Source of the DNA: Eledone cirrhosa
Taxonomy: Eukaryota
Length of the DNA: 64,000 nt
Reading direction: 5' to 3'
NCBI GenBank assembly: GCA_964016885.1
Contig: OZ024741.1
Location: 134,292,001-134,356,000, forward strand
Shown here: positions 1-11,773 of the stretch, piece by piece
Numbering within the stretch: position 1 is the first letter of the stretch
Layout: each line of letters begins with the position of its first letter
Notes under the pieces: model-generated
Told to the model about the DNA's origin: nothing
Database searches by the model: none
Seen by the model: only the letters and a program-made list of their open reading frames with translations
Program-made: the position numbers and the translations under genes

Positions 1-340
1 CAGACACACATATATATATATACCTTCAGTCTTTCTCTTTCTCTCTCTCTCCCTCTCTCTCTATATATATATGTGTGTGTGCGTGTGTGTATATATGTGT
101 ATATATATGTATATATATATACACCCAGACATATATATATATACCTTCATCTCCATTTCTTTCCACCCAACTCTATCTAACATTGCCAACTCTCCATTTC
201 ACCATATTCCATCTTATTTTGTTGGTTGTTGTTGTTTTTCTTTTTTCTTTATTTTCATCTCAGAGTTTTCATATTTTCTACAAAACTGGAAATGTTAGTC
301 TGTCAAGTTAAGAGCAACAGAAACTGCTACACTGTGACAC

Positions 341-354
341 ATCTCCATGACAAC
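341..354 (+). promoter_or_regulatory. RFX X-box motif ATCTCCATGACAAC
   Basis: Exact match to the degenerate X-box consensus RTHNYY-WT-RRNRAC. Lies in non-repetitive sequence; target gene unknown. Confidence 0.4.
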
Positions 355-608
355 GTACCTTAGACAAACAAGTCACACAGGAGGAGCCACAGCCAAACTA
401 AGTGAAGTAAAAGTTAGAACCCCAATGAGAATAATATGATAAATACTCAAGCCAATTTTTGGAAATTTTAACATCAGGTTATGGGCATATGATTGAATGG
501 CTAGGATATTCTAAATCTTGGATACTAAGTACAGGGATAATATGATAGGGGTAGTCAATTACTTGGGTGTTGGTAAAATGTTTAAATAGCATATTATACT
601 AGCTATAA

Positions 609-818
609 GGTGGTAGATTGGCAGAATTGGTAGCGCATTAGATAAAATGCTATTGTGTTATTTGTTCTGGCTCTTAACATTTTGAGTTCAAAACTTGCCC
701 AGGTCTACTTTGCAGGGTCAATAAAATAAAGTACTAGTGAAATAGTGGGGATGATTTATGGAAATTTGTCTTTCCCTTAAATTTGCTGGATTTGTGCCTA
801 AATTATAAGAGATTATAT
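609..818 (+). mobile_element. tRNA-derived SINE (octopus OK/OR-like family), diverged copy
   Basis: A-box-like GGTAGATTGGCAGAAT, B-box-like GAGTTCAAA, body ATAAAATAAAGTAC...GTGCCTAAATTA and ATT-rich tail. The same motifs recur many times in the window. Confidence 0.7.
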
Positions 819-831
819 TAAACCAGCTAGT

Positions 832-1040
832 AATATATATATAAGTATATAATAGATATATAAGTACATAATAGCTATATATATAATACATATATAAGTA
901 TATAATACATATATAAGTATATAATAGATATATAAGTATACAATAGATAAATAAGTATAATATAGATAAATAAGTATAACATAGATATATAAATATATAA
1001 TTGATGTATATAAATATGATATATTTATAAGAATATAATA
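832..1040. repeat. AT-rich ~20-bp minisatellite (TATATAAGTATATAATAGAT-like)
   Basis: Directly visible tandem units. Confidence 0.8.
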
Positions 1041-2788
1041 GTGTAGTCTATTGCGACATCTTGTTGATACCCGAGTAAAGAAATATAGACTATATATTAT
1101 ATTATACCAGCTGGTAATAGATATAGAAGCATATAATCATTATAGCCTATATATTTGGACAATTTTGGAGAGGGGTTTTAACACTTAAAATATGACATGT
1201 AACTAATCATTGAAATAAACTTTTAAATATATCCTAACATTGTTATTATTATTTGTTGTTGTTGCTTTTTATTTTGTTATTGATTTTATATTGAAAATCT
1301 TTTTATTTCCAATGATTTTTTCAACTCAAATTAATTATTGAAAAGTGGTGCAGGAGAAGGGGTTATGATTATGATGATGGTGGAGGGGGAGGAGGAGAGA
1401 GATGGGGTAGGGTGATGTGATAATTGTTTCTACTTTTGGTACAAGGCCACCAATTTGAAGGGAAGGGAGTAAAAGTCGATTAAACCGACACTTATGTAAG
1501 GACGAAAGGCAAAGATAACCTCAGCTGGATTTGAACACAGAATGTAAAAGTCCTAGTAATGCACTGGAGTCGATTTAATTGACTTTCCCCAGCCCTTTAA
1601 ATTGCTGGCCAATATTATCATGATAATGATGATTGTGATGATGATGATAGTGGTGGTGGTGGTAATGATGGTGATAGTGATGACGATGATGATGATAGTG
1701 ATGACAGTTCAACAGTAGATGTGTCATTACAAAATAGAAATGCCCATCCACCAAAAAAAATTTTTTTTCTCTGGAGAAATTTACAGTAATATAGAAATCT
1801 ATGTCGATATTTAGATTCTTGCAAATATATTGAACACATTTAAATAAGATAACTTCGGTACAAAAAAGTCAATTATCTTAATGTCACTTTGGAAAGATGA
1901 AAGGCAAAGTGGACTCCAGTGGGATTTGAACACACAGCAGTAATGTAATGAACTTTAGATGCCATAAACTATTTAGTATGGCATTTTACTATCGACACCA
2001 TCCCATTATCATTGGTATCTCGTAAATATAACCATTGTTTAACTCCCCGCTAACCCTGATCTTGCAGGCATAAGATCGAAGAATAACCCAGGTTGTTGTT
2101 GTTTTTTGTTTATTTGTTTTGTTTTTTTTTTGTTTTTGTTTTTTTAGTTCTATGACAAATTGATAAAATCATTAGAGCAGAATGCTTTGCAGTTCCAACT
2201 TTCTGAGCTCTCAGTTCAAATCACGCCAAAGCCAACTTTGCCTTTTATCCTTTCCTTTCATGGTCGATAAAAATATACCAGTCAAATACTGGAGTCAATT
2301 CTTTCTCTTTACCTCTTTCTACTTCCTCTCTATCACCCTCCTTCTCTAGAAAAAATCAGCCGTGTTCAGACTGAAGTTGGAGAGGGGATCGGTTCTGCCG
2401 GGTTATAAATATCCAAGACACGCGGTATATCATAGCGATACCCCTATAACTCCATCAAGAGCTACGGATCCATACATACATACTTTATCGAATGTGTCCT
2501 TTATGTGCGCGCATGCGTGTATGTTTTAAAAAAATGTTTACCTGAGTCATGTAATGCAGTCCAAGGGAGATAACTCTCATGAAATTAATATTAGTAATTG
2601 TGTTAATTAGTTTTCCTCTCCTCACTCTATAACTATTATTAATTAATTAGATTTTTTTTCCTTGCTGCATTAATTATAAGGTTCTACTTGACTGTTATTT
2701 TACATGCATAGACGAGCCTGAATAATACAATCTCATCAGATAGCTTCATAGCACTTCCACTAATTATCATGTCAAAAGATGTAGTTAA

Positions 2789-3180
2789 TTAACACTTGCG
2801 TTGTCATGGATATTTAACACTTTTGTCACCATGGTTATTTCACCCTTTCTTTACCATATTTTTTATAACACTTTCGTCACCATTGTTATTTCATTTTTTC
2901 GGTACCATAGTTATTTAACACTTTTGTCACCAGAGTGATTTCACAATTTCTTTACCATAGTTATTTAACTTTCGTCGCCATAGTGATTTCATCCTTTCGT
3001 TACCATAGTTATTTAACACTTTTGTCACCATGGTTATTTCATCATTTCGTTACCATAGTTATTTAACACTTTCGTCACCAGTGATTTCATCCTCTCATTA
3101 CCATGGTTTTTGAACATTTTTGCCACCATGCTTATTTCATCCTTTCGTTACCATGGTTATTTAACACTTTCGTTGGCATA
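2789..3180. repeat. 25-bp tandem repeat, about 15-16 units, alternating A/B subunits (50-bp dimer), containing X-box motifs
   Basis: Units TTAACACTTTTGTCACCATGGTTAT and TTCATCCTTTCGTTACCATAGTTAT. Motif starts at 2800, 2825, 2850, 2876, 2901, 2926, 2951, 2974, 2999, 3024, 3049, 3074, 3097, 3122, 3147. The array runs into the body of a TTAACCCTTT-type MITE at about 3200. Confidence 0.9.
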
Positions 3181-4029
3181 ATCATTTAATTTTTTCCTTA
3201 TCATTACCATATTTCTAATGGAAGACACTGCTTTTGGTTTTCAAATAACTTTTTAAATGATCGATATTTTGGAAAGATTTAGTGACGTAACTAACTTTCT
3301 CTTTAAGTTGGTGTTTGGAACATAATAAAGATTCTTACATAATTCTGCCATTAACAATGAGATTACCCTAAAATCAATACTTGCCAGAATATGATGCAGT
3401 CTTCTTACCTCACAGCTATTGAACAATGAAAATAAATCTAACCAGCATTTTCCAGATAAATGCTTACACACATCATCATCATCATTAGGGAGGAGATGAG
3501 CCTTAAGTCTTGTCAGACAACATCTCTAGAGCTGGTGTCATTATTAAATGCACCCATAGTCATGTGGTTGGTGATAGGAAGGGCATCCAACCAGAAAATT
3601 TGCACGCACACACTTTCAAAAGAAAATCTAGTATTATGAAAGAACACAGCAGGTGAAAGGAAGCTGTGCTGGAAAAACCCATCCAACCCATATAAGCATA
3701 GAAAGGCAGACATAAAAAGATGATAATATATATGAAGATCAGTGTCTTTAATTAGAAATACAATAACTAAAGGTTTAATGTTAAAACTGTACAATTTATG
3801 ACATACAAACTTGTATTGAACATTGGTCATAAAAAGGGAAACATGATGGTACATTATCATCATTTTTAGGTCCATTTTTCTATGCTTGCATGGGTTGGAT
3901 GGGTCCTTTTCCGCACAGAATCTCTCCACTCATCACATTCTTTTGAAATCTCTATGAGACTCAGCATATATATATATACACACATAATTTAAATGCCAAC
4001 ACATCTATACAGGCATGCATACTGGAACC

Positions 4030-4487
4030 CTTATCTTACTCAGAACATTGACCTCCTTAATACCCTCCATCAGGCATCTACCATACTCTGAACGCCTTGC
4101 TTCCCTGGGCATGGATACATTGAAGCTCCAAAGTCTAGCAACTGACTTGGTAAACACCCACAAAATTATTAACCATCTTGCCAACAAACAGCACAGCTCC
4201 CATGACATTTTTTCATGCTCAGAGGTGCTGAAGCATGGAACAAACTACCTGCATCAGTTGTTAGCTACCGAGACACTGCATCTTTTAAAAGCTCCATGCT
4301 TCCTGAAATTCGCCAATGCTATACCTGATATCCCCCCTCCATGCACACGCACACATGTATATCATGACTCATACACTGTTCATTTTCCTGTCATTTGTAC
4401 ACTATTTTATGTACTATACATGCACTTTTGACGAGTTGTAGTGCACCTGAGCACTGTACATAATAATTTCATTATTAATATTATTAT
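4030..4487 (+). mobile_element. 3' fragment of a CR1/L2-like LINE
   Basis: Translation HLPYSERLASLGMDTLKL...DLVNTHKII resembles the C-terminus of CR1-group ORF2. Ends in an (ATT)n tail. Confidence 0.6.
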
Positions 4488-4589
4488 ATATAGACATGCA
4501 TTCTGCATACATCCATAGATATGCATACTGCACACATTGATGCATGTAGTAAATGCAAAACAAAGAATAAGTTTTTTTTTGTTTCATAT

Positions 4590-4595
4590 TTTATT
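4590..4595 (-). terminator. Candidate KIF3A polyadenylation signal (AATAAA), implying a 3' UTR of about 4.5 kb
   Basis: AATAAA on the minus strand, followed by a U/GU-rich element (CTTATTCTTTGTTTTGCATTT) at about 4550-4571. More proximal AATAAA sites also exist. Confidence 0.4.
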
Positions 4596-4769
4596 TCACT
4601 TTTTTTAAACAAAATCACCAAACTTGACTAACAAAAATGTCACAATATAATTTTAAAACAAAAATAAATCAATATTTCCAAATAAATACAAAATGTTTCA
4701 AACAAAATCATCACAAAAAAGACCAAAATAAGAAAAATAACAAACATAATATTGATAATAAAAATAATA

Positions 4770-4955
4770 ATAATAATAATAATGGTTTCGGATTTAGGAA
4801 CAAGGCCAGCAATTTTTTTTGTGGGGGGGAGGGTGATTAAATTGATCCCAGTATTTGACTGATACTGTATTTCATCAACACCAGAAGGATGAAAGTCGTA
4901 AATACAGCAAAGCATTTTATCTGACGCTCTACCTATACTGCCCATCCACTGCACT
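4770..4955 (-). mobile_element. tRNA-derived SINE copy
   Basis: Reverse complement of the family at 609, with an (AAT)n tail on the left. Confidence 0.7.
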
Positions 4956-5477
4956 TAATATAATAATAATGGTTTCTAATTTAGGCACAAGACAACAATA
5001 GCGAAGACTACCCATCTAAGAGAGGAGTGACTCCGATTAAAAACAACTGCATGGGACAGACATAAACCCTGTCTAGGAGAGCAGTGACTCCGATATAAAA
5101 ACGACTGCACGGGGCAGACATGGGCTGCATTAGCCGTAGTGAAGGCCACCCACCTAGGAGAGTAGACACACCAAATGAAAACTGAGAGACAACCTCTCTA
5201 GAGTTGGCAACACAAACAGTGCACCCAGTCCACACTGTAGAGTGGTTGGTGATAGAAAAGGCATCCAGTCAAAATCATAAAAAACACGACCAATATTATT
5301 TCCACTAGTTGTGAACTAGTTATGTTACTGCTATGCACGGTAGTGGGGTGGCTAGAGCAGCCATGTATGAGAACCCCTTGCGACAAGTGGAGAGATGCCG
5401 TGCTGAGTAGGACCCGTCCCACCCATGCAAGCATGGAAAAGCAAACATAAAAACAATTATACATATATATATATAAT

Positions 5478-5514
<37 letters not shown>

Positions 5515-6185
5515 GTATAATTGTTTATATATATACACACACATATATATACATACTCACACACACATATATAGCCACTCTCAATCAATATTATTACAAT
5601 TGCCAACCTGATACACTCGTACACAAAACCCCCAGTTTCTAAAAGACTAACAGACAGGCATATAGAAGGGTAAGTATTTTCGTTGGTGTTCATTTTAGTA
5701 TTTTAGTTAGAAGAACTTATGTGTCAGGCCATACTACAGCAATACTGTAAGTTCTAGCAATGTTTCAATTGGTTTTCCTGTTTTTCTATCTGTTTGGGGT
5801 TGGTATTTTCAATATTTTTAAAGCTTTTAGGGTACAAAAACTCTATTAAATATGGTGGGGGGGGGGGGGCACAGGATTTTGGTGTGCAAAGTCTAAATTA
5901 TTTACTAATAAAATATACAATTATATATGCTCATTTGTGTATGCATGCATGCATATGCTAGCGTGGAAGATGGACATTAGACAATGATGATGATGATGAT
6001 GTGTCTATTCTGTATGTGTGAATATCATGTATATGTGTATGTATACAATGACATGTGTATGTGTATAATGATATGTATTCATGCGTATGCTAACTTGTTC
6101 TGTTTATGTAAAATATGAGTTTGTATATGATATGCTTTCGTGTGTACATATGTGCATGATGTCTTGTTCTAGTGTGTACATATGT

Positions 6186-6362
6186 TCTATATGATATGTT
6201 CCATAAGATATGCTCTCTATGATATGCTCTATAAGATATGCTCTATATGATATGCTCTATACAATATACACTATAAGATAAGCTCTATATGATATGCACT
6301 ATAAGACATGCTCTATATGATATGCTCTATAGGATATACACAATAAGATAACTCTATATCAT
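6186..6362. repeat. 14-bp minisatellite (GATATGCTCTATAW)
   Basis: Directly visible tandem units. Confidence 0.8.
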
Positions 6363-7101
6363 AGCAGCTCTAAACAGTTCACTCCCTTCTAGAATAAATA
6401 TAATAGCAGAATAACCCCAGGGAGTAATTATGACATAGTTGTGTATCCTTGGTTCAAAATTATATAAAAACACTGCCTGTTGCTTTTAAAGTTCGTTTCT
6501 GTTTGAAAACATGTTATCACAGTCACAACATCCATTCCTCCACAACACACAGCTTACACAATGGTACAATACCACAATACCATAAAGGACAGCTCTGATA
6601 ATTTAATACCAAATGCTAAAATTTACAGAACTAAATAACCCATATGTGGTTGGAGACAGGAGTGTGTAAAAATTGATTTTTGCAGTATTTGACCAATAAA
6701 TTTGTTTATAACATCCAGTGCTTATAAGCTAAACATGATATGACATATACATATAATACACAAACACACACAACAAACATGAGCAAATACATATCATACA
6801 CTAACACACACAACAAACATGAGCAAATACATATCATACACTAACACACACACACACATAGGTATATAAATATGTTAACATGGGTATATACATATCATAC
6901 ATAATAGTGACAGGTGTAATAAATACAACAAAGAATATTTGCATATAAATAAGAATAAGAATAGTAATAATAACACATTGTTTATTGTAAAGCTGATTAC
7001 ATTACTAACAACAATAAGTGTTAGTGGTGATAGTGGGTAACAATAGGAGTGGTGGTGGTGATAGTGGGTAACAATGGTGGTGGGGTAGTGGATAATTATA
7101 G

Positions 7102-7147
<46 letters not shown>

Positions 7148-7811
7148 GATCCAATAACAGTGATTAAGTGCTGCAGTGGTATTTGTTGTTATTGCTGCTG
7201 CTGCTAGGGGGGGGGGGTGATTGACTGATGTCATGGGTCATAAATTATATAATGATACAGTGATGTAAAAGTTTCTTTTCTCTCCCTTTCTCTCTCTGTA
7301 TAAAACTAAATATTTTTAGAAAACCCATCTACAAACACTCTCTCTCTCTCTCTCTCTCTGGGTGGGGAAAAGGAGTGTAGAGTTGGGAAGGGGTCAACAA
7401 TAACAACAATAATTATGAAAGCAATAACTGCAGCCGTGTCTCATTACAGTTTAAGTTGATCATCACTCAAGAAATAATATCTTACTAAAACAAAAGTTTT
7501 TAATTAAATAATTAGAGCCAAGTTTTGTTTTTTGTTCGATAGCATTAATAAATTACTTTTTGATGGCCTGATGGTGGGGTAGGAGAGGGGGTGGCTGGTT
7601 GTGGTGGTGTTTGTGTTAGTGGTGTTGGTGCAGGTGTTAGTGATGATGGTGGTGTTTCCATTTCAAGTCCATCTATACAGAGATAATTGGATTAAAGATA
7701 GGAAAATGAAAACAAGAGCTAATTAATTTGTGAGGCAAGCAATTTAAGCAGTGCATAGAAAGTGCTAGAAAAACATGCTATATCTCAAGTTATTTCTATT
7801 CATGCAGAGAT

Positions 7812-8020
7812 TAATAATAATGGTTTCTGATTTAGGCACAAGGCCAGCAATTTTGGGGGAGAGCAAAGTCGATTACATCAACCCCAGTGCATGACTGGTA
7901 CTTTATTTTATCGACCCGTATGGATGAAAGGCAAAGCTAACCTCGGTGAGATTTGAACTCAGAACGTAAAGGGCCGTAACTATAAGCCGCAAAGCATGTT
8001 GTCCAACACTCAACCACCCT
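7812..8020 (-). mobile_element. tRNA-derived SINE copy
   Basis: GGCACAAGGCCAGCAA...GACTGGTACTTTATTTTATCGACCC...GATTTGAACTCAGAAC, flanked by TTAATAATAAT on both sides. A further copy lies at about 8175-8365. Confidence 0.75.
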
Positions 8021-8846
8021 TAATAATAATAATAATACACTCAGCAAGAAATGGAAACAAAACTGAAGGAAGAGGAAAAACACAAATAAAAATAATAATA
8101 ATAACAATAGCAGTTGTCTGGTGAGTTTATGTTAGAGAATTTACCTGGAAAGAAATATGTAGATTGGAAAATAGTGGTTTCTAATTTAGGCACAAGGAGA
8201 GCAATTTAGGGTGAAAGGAAGGAAAGTTAATTATATGGATCCCAGCAGGATGAAAAGAAAAGTTGATCTTGGCAGGATTTGAAATCAAAATATAAAGGGA
8301 GGGCACAAATAAATACCTTAAGGCATTTTTTTCCGACACTCTAACCATTCTGCCAATTCGCCAGAAATTGGCATCTGATAAACTACGGTTTATAATATGT
8401 ATGTGTGTGTGTGTGTGTCTGACTTTATATTCAAAGCCTCTGCATGTCTTGTGAGACCATAGATCTGCTCTTAGAATGTTCTCCAAGGTGCAGGCTTTGT
8501 TAAATTCTCAAGTAAGAATTTGGGTATGTCGGCAAATTTGTTTGGTTTTTTGGGGTTTTATATTTAAGAATCAGGTAAGATGCTGGATGACATGAAGTTT
8601 CACTCTGAGGCAAAAGTTGCAGGAATTTAATCCATTCTGTAATACTTATGCCATATCTACACTGCTTGTAAGAAATGCTCTCGGTCTTTCTTCACACATA
8701 TGCACACAGAGAGAGATATACAATGTGAGAACTGGAGACAGAGATAATTGATCAGTATTAGTGAAATTATTATCCTTATTTTTATCATTTTCAGATAATC
8801 CTACAAAAATATTAATAAACAAAACCTTTTTGCAATGATTGACCAG

Positions 8847-8879
<33 letters not shown>

Positions 8880-9135
8880 CAAAAGCATAAGCCAAGACTC
8901 TAAAGTAAAACATAAATTAATGACAATTGAATATTTTTAATTTAAATTAAATGGAGCCAATATTTGTGTTTGTTTTAAATCTACCAAAATTAATTATTTA
9001 GAGATGAAAAAAAAAAATGTTAAGGAAAGTTGATTAAAAATCATCCCAAAATATATCAGGAAAAAAGAAATCAATGAAATAATCCATATATAAGAACAAC
9101 TTAAATGTAAAGAGAGCTACAGCTGCAATGAATAG

Positions 9136-11241
9136 TCACTGCAGTAGAGTCTCAACATCCAGGTCTTTTTTCTTTTTCCTCGCTGACTTTAATCGGGAAG
9201 CTGTTTTTGGACGCCCTGATTTAGCTCCTTTAGCAGAGTTTAGCCTCATGTTCTGAGTAGCACCTTCTTTTGTGTAGGCAAGATAAACACTAGAGAGGTC
9301 AGCTTCAACAAAGCTGGCTGTCATACTTTCACCATGTGATAATTGTTTACGCATATTGTTCCCAGTATATGCCACACACTTTAGCTGCCATTCCCCGATA
9401 TCATCATTCCAGTGGACATAATGTTCCAACATTTTCTGGAATTCCATTGGAATAAAATTGTCGATAATCAACATTTGAAGTTTCAACTCACGGCTCAGTT
9501 GACGCACATTTTCAAGCAAACCTTCCATTTCTCGTTGGTGATCTTTCTGTACATCAGCAATTTCAATCTTTGCTTGTGTGTACATAGACCAACATTTCTT
9601 CAGTTTTTTAGTTTTACCAATAACTTCTTCCTGTAAACTGGAATATTTTTCTTCTATATCCAATCTTTCCTGTTCTTTCTCCTCTAAAGCTTTCCGTAGT
9701 TCTTCTTCTCTCTTCTTCCTTTCTTCTAACTCAACAGCACTTTCTTCCAACAGTCTTTCTTGTTCTTCAGCTTTCTCTAAAAGATTCTCACCACCAACTA
9801 TAATTTTCTTTTCTATCCCAGCTAATTTCTGTGTTAGTTGATGTTGTTCTTCTAAATATTTTTTCATTTCTGACTCTTTTTCATCGAGATCATATTTTAT
9901 TTTATTTCTCTCCTCTTCAGCTAAATCTTTCTTTTCTTCCAGCAGTTTGCGATCATCTTCAATCTTGGCTTGAATTTCTGCCATTTTTTCTTTAGAAATT
10001 TTATGTAATTTTTTTATCTTTTTATTGCTGCTTTTGCCATCTTTCTCAATAATTTCTTCATTTACATCAGACATATCTTCATTATTAAACTGACCTTCTT
10101 CAAGTTGTTTTTTAAGTTCTTTAATTTCTTCTTGGAATTGTCGAAGCAGGGCATCTTTTGGATCTTCATTAACTTTAGCTTTGTTCTTTATACATTTTGC
10201 TCTATTGGCATATCTCAGAGTGCTTATGGTCTCATCATAGTTATAATCTGCTGGCCCAATATTGGCTATCATAACTGTTTTAGAGTTACCTCCAAGGGAA
10301 TCTTGCAATAACCGTGTCAGCTTGGAGTTTCTGTAAGGAATATGACTACTTTTCCCATCGACTAAGGCAGAAATAACATTACCAAGCGTGGAAAGAGATA
10401 AATTAATTTTTGTGGCTTCTTTAAGTCGCTGACCAGTTGCACCTGTCTTTGCTTGCCGTTCAGAGCCTGCTAAGTCAACAAGATGAAGTTTCCCCATTCG
10501 GACATGTTGCTTTCCATCAATACCTTTCTCACTACACTCAATAGTCAAGGAGAAAATAGCATGAGACCGTGAACTGTGAGCATTCATGTTAGTGGCCCCT
10601 ACAACACGATTTTTGTTCCCTAGAGTCATGATTCGATCCATATCATCAGCATTATTTACAACAAAGGCAGAAAGGTCCTTCACATAAACACCAACATCTG
10701 GTCTCTCTTTAACTTCAAGTCGTTGCATCTGGTCCTTTCCAAGCAGATCTCTTACTTCCTCATTATAAATCTCTAGATAAGATACTCTTACCAAGAACTG
10801 AGTTTCACCCTCGGCTTTAGCAATGGCACCAAATATATGGGCAAATGAATTAGGAATAATGCCTCGCTTTTCTGCTACAACCCTAAGCCCTTCCATAGTG
10901 AACGTTTTACCTGTTCCAGTCTGGCCATAAGCAAAAATTGTTCCATTGTAACCAGCAAGGACTGAATCAATGATAGGGCGGGCAACCTCATTATAGACAT
11001 CGACTTGTTTGCAATCATGTCCAAATACAGTATCAAACGTATAAACTTTCATTGGTTCACCATGCCCTGGGGAAGGGTTTTCTACTGAAACAGTTCCTCT
11101 CACAGAATCAACAAAAACTGTCTGTTTACACTCTGATGAGACTTCTTTCTCATTCAGTGGCCGACAGCGAACAGCCACCTTAACATTATCACTGCTGTCA
11201 CCACCAACCTTACTACCTTCTACTAACTTATTCACTTTCAT
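9136..11241 (-). CDS. KIF3A: Kinesin-2 motor subunit KIF3A, 701 aa, single coding exon
   Basis: P-loop GQTGTGKT, switch I NAHSSRSH and switch [13 protein letters not shown]3A-type stretches [60 protein letters not shown] and C-terminal -LLQ. Coiled-coil stalk. In-frame TAA at 11299-11301 upstream fixes the start ATG. Confidence 0.96.
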   Translation of the reverse strand: MKVNKLVEGSKVGGDSSDNVKVAVRCRPLNEKEVSSECKQTVFVDSVRGTVSVENPSPGHGEPMKVYTFDTVFGHDCKQVDVYNEVARPIIDSVLAGYNGTIFAYGQTGTGKTFTMEGLRVVAEKRGIIPNSFAHIFGAIAKAEGETQFLVRVSYLEIYNEEVRDLLGKDQMQRLEVKERPDVGVYVKDLSAFVVNNADDMDRIMTLGNKNRVVGATNMNAHSSRSHAIFSLTIECSEKGIDGKQHVRMGKLHLVDLAGSERQAKTGATGQRLKEATKINLSLSTLGNVISALVDGKSSHIPYRNSKLTRLLQDSLGGNSKTVMIANIGPADYNYDETISTLRYANRAKCIKNKAKVNEDPKDALLRQFQEEIKELKKQLEEGQFNNEDMSDVNEEIIEKDGKSSNKKIKKLHKISKEKMAEIQAKIEDDRKLLEEKKDLAEEERNKIKYDLDEKESEMKKYLEEQHQLTQKLAGIEKKIIVGGENLLEKAEEQERLLEESAVELEERKKREEELRKALEEKEQERLDIEEKYSSLQEEVIGKTKKLKKCWSMYTQAKIEIADVQKDHQREMEGLLENVRQLSRELKLQMLIIDNFIPMEFQKMLEHYVHWNDDIGEWQLKCVAYTGNNMRKQLSHGESMTASFVEADLSSVYLAYTKEGATQNMRLNSAKGAKSGRPKTASRLKSARKKKKDLDVETLLQ

Positions 11242-11314
11242 ATTTCTGATTTTATCTTTACTTCTTATAGTACATTGTTCAGAGTTCAGATCATTAAATT
11301 AGCTATTAAAGGTT

Positions 11315-11597
11315 GTAACATCAGTTGTGACTGTGGTGTAACATCAGATGTTAGAGAGTGTAACATTAGCTGTGACTGTGGTGTAATATTAGCTGTGACT
11401 GTGGTGCAACATTAGCTGTGACTGTAGTGTAACATTAGCTGCAACTGTGGTGTAACATCAGTGGTGACTGAGTGTAACATCAGTTATGACTGTGATGTAA
11501 CATCAGTTGTGACTACAGTGTAACATCAGTATAGATGTTACAGTGTAACATTAGTTGTGATTGGGTGTAACATCATATGTAGCTGTGGTGTAACATC
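11315..11597. repeat. 22-25-bp (mostly 23-bp) minisatellite, about 13 units, just upstream of the KIF3A ATG
   Basis: Unit GTAACATYAGYTGTGACTGTGGT. Lies between the ATG and a strong minus-strand acceptor TCTGTTTCTTTTATTGTAG|G (exon start 11621). Confidence 0.85.
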
Positions 11598-11773
11598 TGC
11601 TAGTTTCTCCAGTGTAAATTCCTACAATAAAAGAAACAGAATTATAAAATTGATCTAAAATAATACAATATAAACTTGAATAATAAATTAATATAGATTT
11701 TATGAAAGATACCAATTTACCCTTATACATACTATGAAACACACACAAACATAGATGTAACACTACCACCATT

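Noticed and set aside
4770-8365. Inverted SINE pairs forming dsRNA in the KIF3A 3' UTR
   Set aside because: The three SINE copies identified there (about 4770, 7812, 8175) are all in the same orientation.
9136-11241. Assignment as KIF3B/KIF3C/KIF17, or an N-terminally extended protein
   Set aside because: Motor and tail motifs are KIF3A-type, and an in-frame TAA at 11299-11301 precedes the ATG with no in-frame ATG between.
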